A stretch of 16,043 nt of DNA from Fidelibacterota bacterium. Its GTDB lineage: Bacteria; Fidelibacterota; Fidelibacteria; Fidelibacterales; DSDE01. Positions 1-6,776 of this stretch are shown here, one piece after another. How positions within the stretch are numbered: position 1 is the first letter of the stretch; the number at the start of each line of letters is the position of its first letter. The stretch covers positions 1-16,043 of the forward strand of contig JBJKQR010000028.1 in assembly GCA_046735395.1 (NCBI GenBank), written 5' to 3'. Both the position numbers and the translations under genes were made by a program. A model generated the notes under the pieces. It saw only the letters and a program-made list of their open reading frames with translations. It searched no databases and was not told where the DNA came from.

Positions 1-1
1 T

Positions 2-535
2 CCTGAAAATAAAGGTGGTCATGGTAATCGCAGCCAATCCATTTTCAATCAGAACGGTCACTGCCAATTGATCGAACAGATTAAACATCACGGGGTTCTC
101 TATTTGGAACTTGAACATGGCTACTGTTTGGATTCCCTCGTTGTTGATCCCAAAGACATTAGCATCTTTTTATTAATCAATAAAAACTCTTTAGTATATT
201 CATTTTACAATGCCAGTGAAACACGAGCTATTTCAATAACTGCGACCAAAGTAAAAGACACTCACCACATACACCAGAAGATCTATGCGAACATAAACGA
301 TGTCCCGCTACGGAACTACTTCCTCAAACTGGCAACCGACAAAGAGCTTTCCGCCCTGTATCAAAAACAGCCAGATGACTATGGAGAGTTTCTCACTGTT
401 GAGGAAGTAGCTGAACTATTACAGATAACAAAGAAAACAGTTTACAACAATACATCTTCAGGACAATTGAAAACCGTAATTGCCGGAGGCGTTAAACGAT
501 ACCGCAAATCTGATATTCTTTCCACGCTGAAATGA
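2..535 (+). CDS. Excisionase/AlpA-like (HTH_17) DNA-binding domain protein, probably 5'-truncated by the window edge
   Basis: C-terminal FLTVEEVAELLQITKKTVYNNTSSGQLKTVIAGGVKRYRKSDI is a typical excisionase-family winged HTH. The frame is open from position 2 to the listed TTG at 68, so the real start may lie upstream of the window. The stop is 11 bp before the att-like repeat. Confidence 0.75.
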   Translation, partial: PENKGGHGNRSQSIFNQNGHCQLIEQIKHHGVLYLELEHGYCLDSLVVDPKDISIFLLINKNSLVYSFYNASETRAISITATKVKDTHHIHQKIYANINDVPLRNYFLKLATDKELSALYQKQPDDYGEFLTVEEVAELLQITKKTVYNNTSSGQLKTVIAGGVKRYRKSDILSTLK

Positions 536-546
536 CAATTATGATA

Positions 547-721
547 ACGGTGCGAATCTGGTGTGAATCACTTCATGAAATCCAGGGAACTTTAGGGAAA
601 TCGAGGGTAATACCGGGCCTGTTTTATACTTCCTTAATGCGCTATATATCAGTGAGTTGCGTGCATTATCATTGCAATTACAATCGGGAATAGAAGCAAG
701 TTCGAGTCTCTCCGGCTGTAC
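547..721 (+). repeat. attR-like site, copy 1 (arm-type repeats, 10-bp periodic repeats, IHF site, tRNA 3'-end core)
   Basis: 547-610 matches 2983-3046 at 57/64 nt and 698-721 matches 3134-3157 at 23/24 nt, both at offset 2436. Contains TGCGAATC/TGTGAATC direct repeats, GAAATCCAGG-GAACTTTAGG-GAAATCGAGG (577-606) and TATCAGTGAGTTG (647-659, matches WATCARNNNNTTR). Confidence 0.85.
698..721 (+). other. tRNA 3'-end fragment (T-loop plus acceptor strand, probably tRNA-Leu) forming an att core
   Basis: AGTTCGAGTCTCTCCGGCTGTAC contains the GTTCGAGTC T-loop, the 3' T-stem and a 7-nt acceptor strand. It resembles tRNA-Leu ends of the type GAGAGTTCGAGTCTCTCCG...ACCA. No 5' tRNA half lies upstream. Confidence 0.7.
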
Positions 722-842
722 ACATTCTTTAAATATAGACGTCAGAATATAGAAGCGGGAAGTTGGAAGTCAGCTCCGATGATGGCTGCGGGAGGGTTCC
801 GTATACGTTCTGATTCCATGTCTATTTAACATAATTTAGGTC

Positions 843-892
843 TTGATTTTTGGCGCCACTAAATGTATGTTATTTGTATGGACAATAGGAGG
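843..892 (+). promoter_or_regulatory. sigma70-type promoter, candidate antitoxin operator and RBS of the dinJ-yafQ operon
   Basis: TTGATT (843-848)-17 bp-TATGTT (866-871); palindrome TTGT-ATGG-ACAA (874-885) resembling relBE-type operators; AGGAGG at 887-892. Confidence 0.55.
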
Positions 893-900
893 ATCTAAAT

Positions 901-1161
901 ATGAACAAATCAGCAACAATACAAGCAAGAATAGATCCGGATGTTAAATTGAAAGCGCAGGAAGTTTTAAACGCGCTTCAGTTATCCATGTCCGAGGCTA
1001 TTTCATTATTCCTGAATCAGGTAAGCATTCACAAAGGAATTCCTTTCGAAATTAAGCTGCCTAATGAATTGACAGCGAAAACATTGAAGGATTCTGACAA
1101 AGGAATAGATGTACACCAGGTTGATACCGTAGAAGGCTTATTCGCTGAATTAGATAAATGA
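901..1161 (+). CDS. dinJ: Type II antitoxin, RelB/DinJ family (ribbon-helix-helix)
   Basis: MNKSATIQARIDPDVKLKAQEVLNALQLSMSEAISLFLNQV...GIPFEIKLPN..T is the RelB/DinJ signature. Strong RBS; ATGA overlap with a YafQ-like ORF. Confidence 0.9.
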   Translation: MNKSATIQARIDPDVKLKAQEVLNALQLSMSEAISLFLNQVSIHKGIPFEIKLPNELTAKTLKDSDKGIDVHQVDTVEGLFAELDK

Positions 1162-1256
1162 TCATCCGATATTCCACGCAGTTTAAAAAGGATTATAAAC
1201 GCAGTATCAGGCAGGGAAAAGATGGCTCCAAGCTGGAAGATGTTGTTTTCCAGTAA
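1158..1256 (+). pseudogene. yafQ: Truncated YafQ-family mRNA interferase toxin (N-terminal 32 aa only)
   Basis: Not in the ORF track. The ATG at 1158 overlaps the antitoxin stop and reads MIIRYSTQFKKDYKRSIRQGKDGSKLEDVVFQ*, with the characteristic YafQ FKKDYK..KQGKD motif. No C-terminal part is recognisable downstream. Confidence 0.85.
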
Positions 1257-1259
1257 GAT

Positions 1260-1317
1260 TTGTTTTTAAATAAAAACAACAATATCGTTTGCGTATTATT
1301 GTGAATATCGTTATAAT
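1260..1317 (+). promoter_or_regulatory. abiE promoter with candidate AbiEi operator repeats
   Basis: TTGCGT (1289-1294)-17 bp-TATAAT (1312-1317); perfect inverted repeat TTGTTTTTA-AA-TAAAAACAA (1260-1279); direct repeat AATATCGTT at 1281 and 1304. Confidence 0.65.
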
Positions 1318-1323
1318 ATGCAA

Positions 1324-2139
1324 ATGATAAAGCAATCCACATTAAAAACAGACACAGCATCCTATCTTGATTCGCTGCTTGCCATCGGCAGGTACAGTGT
1401 CTCACTGGACGAGCTCGAAGAGCATATTCCCAAGTCCCTGTCTGCGATCCGGGCGGATCTGGCCCGATTGATCAAAGCACATCGCGTCGTATCGCTGCGG
1501 GATCGATTTTATCTGTTGCTCACACCGGAACATCGACAAAAGGGCATGCTGCCTTATGCCTATTATATTCACGATCTGATGTCCTGGCTGGAACGGCCGT
1601 ATTATATCAGTTTGCTGAGCGCCGCATCACTCCATGGCGCGACAAGCCAGGCCGTACAATCAGTATTTGTCACCAGCATAAAACCGGCATTGCGGGATAT
1701 TCGTAAATCAACTGTAAATATCCATTTTCAGGTGAACAGCCGGTTCCCGACTCATGGAATTCTGCAAATGAAAAGTCCCGGCGGGTATATAAATGTCTCC
1801 TCAGCGGAATTGACAGCTCTGGATTTACTGAAGTACCCGGACAGCGGTGGGGGAATTTATCAGATTGTTTCCATTATCCGGGAATTGTCTGATATGATGA
1901 ATACAGACCTTCTGTATGATGTTATCTCGGATGGGCAGCCAACGGTTATTTTACAGCGCCTGGGTCTGATTTTGGATCGATATTCGAACCGGACTGATCT
2001 TTTGCCGCTAATTCGGGCAGAATTGGCCGGACGTGACGTACGACGAACTTTACTCAGTCCGGCAGAACCTGATATGACCCAGGCATTTGACTCGGTTTGG
2101 AAAGTTCTTTTGAATATTGATGAAGGTGAGATCGAATGA
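1324..2139 (+). CDS. abiEi: Type IV toxin-antitoxin antitoxin AbiEi (wHTH transcriptional regulator)
   Basis: YYISLLSAASLHGA..QA, VSSAELTALDLLKYP..GGI and QRLG.ILD motifs are typical of AbiEi; ATGA-coupled to abiEii. Start moved from 1318 to ATG 1324 because 1318 abuts the -10 box. Confidence 0.85.
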   Translation: MIKQSTLKTDTASYLDSLLAIGRYSVSLDELEEHIPKSLSAIRADLARLIKAHRVVSLRDRFYLLLTPEHRQKGMLPYAYYIHDLMSWLERPYYISLLSAASLHGATSQAVQSVFVTSIKPALRDIRKSTVNIHFQVNSRFPTHGILQMKSPGGYINVSSAELTALDLLKYPDSGGGIYQIVSIIRELSDMMNTDLLYDVISDGQPTVILQRLGLILDRYSNRTDLLPLIRAELAGRDVRRTLLSPAEPDMTQAFDSVWKVLLNIDEGEIE

Positions 2140-2915
2140 TTCCACAGGCCTATATTCTCGAATGGTATCAGCAAGCTCCCTGGCAGGACTTTTTCATGGT
2201 TGAACAGGACCTGGTCGTTGAGCGGGCTCTCATTTCTATCTTTAAAGATCCCTATTTAAATAACAAACTTGCATTTCGCGGCGGCACGGCCCTTCACAAA
2301 CTGTTTCTGACACAACAAGCCAGATATTCCGAGGATATTGATCTTGTTCAGCTGCATTCCGAATCGATCCGGGAAACAACAGATCACCTGAGACAGGCTC
2401 TGGCTTTTCTGGACGAACCGGCGTATCGGACCTCGCAGCACAATGTGAAACTCATTTATCACTTTGAAACGGAATTCCAGCCGATGACTCGACTTCGATT
2501 GAAGATCGAGACAAACACCAGGGAACACGGATCGTATCTGCCGCTCCAGACGATTCGTCATACCCTGCAGAATCGCTGGTTTTCAGATAGTGCTGACATA
2601 AGAACCTTTGATCTTCACGAGCTCCTGGCGACGAAATTGCGGGCATTGTATCAGCGCAAAAAGGGACGGGACCTTTTTGATCTATATCTTGCCTGTCAGA
2701 GATTGGATCCGGACATTTCCGAAATCACTCGATTGTTTCATCAATACACGGAACAGAATCCCGTAACGGGGCCACAGTTTTCCCGGAATTTGAATGAGAA
2801 GCTGAAGAGTGCTGCCTTCCTTACAGATATGACCGGTCTTTTGCGTACTGGTGTCCCATGGAATGTGCAGGACGCAGCTGACTGGCTTTTCGACACTGTT
2901 ATTCCTCTTATATAA
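2136..2915 (+). CDS. abiEii: Type IV toxin AbiEii, nucleotidyltransferase
   Basis: LAFRGGTALHKL, RYSEDIDL, KIETN and KLRALYQRKKGRDLFDL motifs of the AbiEii/DNA-pol-beta-like NTase family are all intact. Confidence 0.92.
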   Translation: MIPQAYILEWYQQAPWQDFFMVEQDLVVERALISIFKDPYLNNKLAFRGGTALHKLFLTQQARYSEDIDLVQLHSESIRETTDHLRQALAFLDEPAYRTSQHNVKLIYHFETEFQPMTRLRLKIETNTREHGSYLPLQTIRHTLQNRWFSDSADIRTFDLHELLATKLRALYQRKKGRDLFDLYLACQRLDPDISEITRLFHQYTEQNPVTGPQFSRNLNEKLKSAAFLTDMTGLLRTGVPWNVQDAADWLFDTVIPLI

Positions 2916-2982
2916 TGCAATATCCTATATTTCAGACCTTTCAATTATTCAATATTCATCGAGCAAATTAAGCTTTTTGTGG

Positions 2983-3157
2983 ACGGTGCGAATCTGCTGC
3001 GAATCACTTCGTGAAATCCAGGGAACTCTATGGAAATCGGAGGTAAGGGCATCAAGTCAATATTACACTATAATTGACTATTTATCAACGGTATATGGGA
3101 AATACGCCGGGTATGGTGAGAGGGAATTGAAATAAGTTCGAGTCTCTCCGGATGTAC
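2983..3157 (+). repeat. attR-like site, copy 2, ending in a tRNA 3'-end core (3134-3157)
   Basis: Colinear, gap-free copy of 547-721. IHF-like TATCAACGGTATA at 3083-3095; core AAGTTCGAGTCTCTCCGGATGTAC differs from copy 1 at one base. Confidence 0.85.
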
Positions 3158-3611
3158 TCTTTATTAGTTCACATGTTGACAGGTTATCACATTTACAGGA
3201 CGTGAAATGGACAATCTGTACTGTTTTTTCTTTCTTAAATCTGATATCTTCAATCTCCAACTTTCCATTCTCAAAGGGAAAAAACTGCTTTTGTAATTAA
3301 TTTGGGCGGTGAAACTCTTTACATTTTAATGTCTGTTTTACGCAATATGAATATACAACGTGGATATTACATATTTATTAATTTTAATTATTTCCCATAT
3401 TTCCCTATGGTAAAAGGCTGATATACGCAGGTGACAGGCATGATATTCGAATCGTGGATTTCAGAAACGCGTCTGAGATCTTAGAAAATCTGATTGATCC
3501 GACTTAATGAGTTGTAGCAGAGCGGGTAATTTTGCTATAATAAATAAACCCTGCAATCGTGTCCCGCTGAATCGTCTATTGCAGCCTTCTGTCCGCATCA
3601 TTGAAAGGCAA

Positions 3612-5411
3612 TTATATCCCGAAACTGAGACGCAAGCCATGAATATGGATTTTATCTCCCTCTGATACCATATCCTTTTCCGGAAAGAGGCGCAGAAAGT
3701 AATTCAGCCGGACGCGCAGCTCCTTGTACAGCCGAGTGTCAAATCCTGCGATCAGTTCGGTGTTATAGGTGCTTTCCCGGCTGTAATCAATGTCCTCGGA
3801 GCCGAACTTTGCGCTTTCATAGATATTATGTGTGAAATTCAGCCCGTAAAGCGCCCGGGCCCTGCTGCCGAGATTATGACTTCGGAGAACGTACAGTGAG
3901 GTAAAATAGTCGTAGAGCGTAATTTTCAGTGAATACTGCAGACCTATGCCCCAAAATTCCCAAGTATTTGAATAGTTCAGGGCGGATTGATAGCGGGCAA
4001 GTGATATGCCGATAATCGTGTTTTTAATTTCATTTTCCAGACTCAGGTCAAATCCCTGATCCGGTGTGTAGCTCAGCCCATCATCCGAGGTTTTCTTTCT
4101 GATGATGCCCCAATTTTTTGACATTCCCAACGAATACCTCAATCCTGACAGGACAGATGGGAAATTGGGACGGGAAACCGTAGGCTCGGGATAATCGGAG
4201 AACCAGGTAAACAGATTATTGAAGGTGACGGTAAAGGCGGAGTAGTGCGTGCCCTGCAGGATTCCATTATTCCAGTCGGACAGGTTGTATTCCACCAGAA
4301 TATGACGGTTGATCCGGGCCAGGGCAGGGTATCCCGTAATGGCGTAAAGACTTTGCAGCAGCCCGCTGCTTTTTACGCCGATTCCGCTTTCACGCAGATC
4401 AATGCCGCCATAGTTGTCAATCCGTCGACCGGAGCGAAAGGAGAGAAAATCAAGAAAGGTGATTTCATCACCGCGTTCTACCTGTACCGGGCCGTTATCC
4501 GCTTCGGACCGCAAAACGTGATTGACGAAATTGATGTCTCCGAATCCACCCTGATAGGCCCAGGATTCGTGTGTAGCATTTATCAGAAGATCGCTGGCGG
4601 AATGTCCAGCCTGCCAGCTTAGCAGGGAAAGGCCGCTACGCGTTTTCAGGTTGAGTCTCAGAGACAGACCTGTGCGAAGTGTCCGCGGGGCCGGATCTGC
4701 CCCGCCGGGAAATCCGAAGGAGATGGAATCCCCCACGTTCAGGATGGATACGCCAAAAGCGGGCTGGATGTCCAGTGCAAACGTATTGCCCAGTGTCAGT
4801 GACTGATCATAGCGGAGCATGAGCCCCAGATCCACCATATTATCGGCTGAGATGCCGCTTCTTACAATATCATCAACAATCCTTGAAGGAGACAGAAACT
4901 GTTTCGCTTTCTTGGCGGCCAGTCCGGCGTCCAGGGTAAGAGGCGTATTGAAAATATGCCGTTTTTCTGCAGACAGGGTCAGCATATCGGATTTCATGTA
5001 GGATCTGAATGAGCCCTGATCATTTCCATTTGCATCGGTTCTCCTCTGTAATCCCAGGTCTAAAAAGGTTTTGCCGTAGGAAAAAGCGATTTTATCGAGA
5101 AATAGAATTCGGGGCAGGCTCATTCCCAGAAACTGATAGGAATAGGACATATCATCTGCGAGTGCGGGCAGCCAGGGGGTGTTGGAATATTGGAATTGAA
5201 GGCCGGTGCCGTCATAATTCATCAGTCCGTTTGCCGGATTAAAAAAAGATGCGACCGGATCGGAAGATGGCAGGCAGACGCCGATCTCACCCATGCCGTT
5301 CAAGGTTGCCGAAGGGGGGATGAGAAGAAAAATAGCTCCCGCCTCTCCCTGAGAATAGGCTGCATGCCGGGTCAGCAGTCCAAAGATCAAGACAAACAAT
5401 AATTTCTTCAT
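3612..5411 (-). CDS. PorV/PorQ-like outer-membrane beta-barrel protein with an additional C-terminal barrel-like domain
   Basis: Signal peptide (AYS|Q), then GEAGAIFLLIPPSA..NGMGE...SFFNPA, WLPALADDM, RTDANG...G.F and NVG...DPAPRTLRTG, all PorV-family motifs. GGAG RBS. C-terminus HGLRLSFGI resembles a terminal beta-strand. Confidence 0.7.
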   Translation of the reverse strand: MKKLLFVLIFGLLTRHAAYSQGEAGAIFLLIPPSATLNGMGEIGVCLPSSDPVASFFNPANGLMNYDGTGLQFQYSNTPWLPALADDMSYSYQFLGMSLPRILFLDKIAFSYGKTFLDLGLQRRTDANGNDQGSFRSYMKSDMLTLSAEKRHIFNTPLTLDAGLAAKKAKQFLSPSRIVDDIVRSGISADNMVDLGLMLRYDQSLTLGNTFALDIQPAFGVSILNVGDSISFGFPGGADPAPRTLRTGLSLRLNLKTRSGLSLLSWQAGHSASDLLINATHESWAYQGGFGDINFVNHVLRSEADNGPVQVERGDEITFLDFLSFRSGRRIDNYGGIDLRESGIGVKSSGLLQSLYAITGYPALARINRHILVEYNLSDWNNGILQGTHYSAFTVTFNNLFTWFSDYPEPTVSRPNFPSVLSGLRYSLGMSKNWGIIRKKTSDDGLSYTPDQGFDLSLENEIKNTIIGISLARYQSALNYSNTWEFWGIGLQYSLKITLYDYFTSLYVLRSHNLGSRARALYGLNFTHNIYESAKFGSEDIDYSRESTYNTELIAGFDTRLYKELRVRLNYFLRLFPEKDMVSEGDKIHIHGLRLSFGI

Positions 5412-5464
5412 TTTCGCTCCATCTCTTGACTAATATGCTTCAGAAAAACTCTAAGTGCTGAAGA

Positions 5465-5493
5465 AAGATAAAGCGATTCTTGAATTTTTACAA
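5465..5493 (-). promoter_or_regulatory. Putative sigma70 promoter of the PorV-like gene
   Basis: Minus strand TTGTAA (5493-5488)-17 bp-TATCTT (5470-5465), about 54 bp upstream of the ATG. Confidence 0.45.
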
Positions 5494-5546
5494 CAGTTAT
5501 GTGATTCTTCCGGATTCCATTTATCATCATATAGGGGATATCTTCC

Positions 5547-5972
5547 CTAAAAATACGTTATTTCCACATCCACATTCAGGGAATCCTGGCCCAGATTAAC
5601 CTGGAAATCGGAAAAACCGGGTTTATGAAGATCTCTCAGAATAAAATCAGAAAAGCCGATGCCCTCCCGGGGAATGACGCCCAGCCAGTAGCTCATATCA
5701 TTGGATCTGTCCTCATCGTCCAGAACGGTTATGGCGTAACAACCGGGGGCCAGATGCAGAGTTATCTGCGTTGCAGCATCCGATATGCCGGATTTATCCA
5801 CATTCAGGATTTGCATGGGCTGCTCCGTCTGAAATTGAGCAGGATCTTCAAAGACGGCCACCCGAAGCTGCCCTTTCGTATTTCTTATCTCGTGAATATT
5901 CAGGATCAGAATTTGGGCTGCGCCGACTGTGCTCAGCAGGATTATCAGCAGAAATAAAATCAATCGTTTCAT
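5547..5972 (-). CDS. DUF2141 family exported protein
   Basis: Signal peptide, then IRNTKGQLRVAVF, LAPGCYAITVLDDED and GVIPREGIGFS...KPGFSD, matching the DUF2141 pattern. Confidence 0.8.
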   Translation of the reverse strand: MKRLILFLLIILLSTVGAAQILILNIHEIRNTKGQLRVAVFEDPAQFQTEQPMQILNVDKSGISDAATQITLHLAPGCYAITVLDDEDRSNDMSYWLGVIPREGIGFSDFILRDLHKPGFSDFQVNLGQDSLNVDVEITYF

Positions 5973-5996
5973 GAAATATCCGCCCGGCAGGCGCTT

Positions 5997-6776
5997 TCAG
6001 CGCTCCAGATAGCGGATCGTGAAATACTCATCCCTGACCTCGGGATTGAAGCTAATGCTGTCCATTTTCATGACGGATTTTCTCCCGTTCTGGACATTTT
6101 CCATGAGCATGACGGCGGCCTGGTATTTTTTTCCCGTCTCGTCGAGCAGGCGGATATCGCTGTTGGTCTGCGTCTTGAGCAATTCGTCGAATAAATCATA
6201 GAATTCGGCATGCCGCATCACGTAATCCGATTTGGCGATCCATACGATTTTACGGGAATAGCCATTTTCGTCGGCACTCTCTTCATTAACGGGCCGGATC
6301 TCGATCTTCCAGCACTCCGTTCCCATGAATACATCGTTATTCAGGAGTGTATATTGGAAGTCATCCATATTCTCGGCGGCCATATCCGCATTGGAAAATT
6401 CGGATCCCATGAAGCTCTTTCCCTTATCCGAACTGACGATCCGCCGGGTTTTTCTCAGGGATGGCATATAGATCCACATATCGTCATCCTTGTTGTCGTG
6501 ATCGAAGATGAGCAGGGCGGTGCCCTTCACATCCGCCGGCTCGAGAAAGCGGATAATCCGCTTTGAGACATTTTCGTCCGGGTAATCCTTCGATGCGGCG
6601 GCAATTTTTCGCACGCGTTCATGTCCCTTATTATCAAAAATTTGCAGAGTCCCGATATATTCCGTTCCGGACAGGGTTTGGGCATCGAGGGCCTTTTCCA
6701 TGATCTGCCGCCCCGTCATGTCCTGACCCGCGGAGAGGCTGATCAGCAGCAGAATTAAAGCATTTATCCGTTTCAT
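5997..6776 (-). CDS. Outer-membrane lipoprotein-sorting protein (LolA-like fold)
   Basis: RFLEPADVKGTALL, DDDMWIYMPSLRKTRRI and SFMGSEFSNADM motifs; signal peptide; GGAGG RBS and 4-nt overlap with the MMPL gene. Confidence 0.85.
   Translation of the reverse strand: MKRINALILLLISLSAGQDMTGRQIMEKALDAQTLSGTEYIGTLQIFDNKGHERVRKIAAASKDYPDENVSKRIIRFLEPADVKGTALLIFDHDNKDDDMWIYMPSLRKTRRIVSSDKGKSFMGSEFSNADMAAENMDDFQYTLLNNDVFMGTECWKIEIRPVNEESADENGYSRKIVWIAKSDYVMRHAEFYDLFDELLKTQTNSDIRLLDETGKKYQAAVMLMENVQNGRKSVMKMDSISFNPEVRDEYFTIRYLER

Larger units (their letters stand above)
722..3157. mobile_element. Integrase-less 2436-bp island module bounded by two att cores, carrying only toxin-antitoxin cargo
   Basis: Bounded by direct tRNA-end repeats at 698-721 and 3134-3157. 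Contains dinJ/relB, a yafQ fragment, abiEi and abiEii, and no recombinase ORF. Confidence 0.65.

Noticed and set aside
640..724. Complete tRNA gene at either GTTCGAGTC site (also 3075-3160)
   Set aside because: Only the T-loop and 3' acceptor strand are present. The 5' T-stem, D-arm, anticodon arm and 5' acceptor strand are missing.
2851..3260. ORFs 2851-3135 (+) and 3078-3260 (-)
   Set aside because: Both run across the att repeat with no recognisable motif or RBS. The minus one could be a gene remnant but I cannot support it.
3541..3584. Intrinsic terminator for the PorV-like gene (CTGCAAT...ATTGCAG followed by a T-rich run on the minus strand)
   Set aside because: The stem is only 7 bp with a ~20-nt loop, too weak to call.
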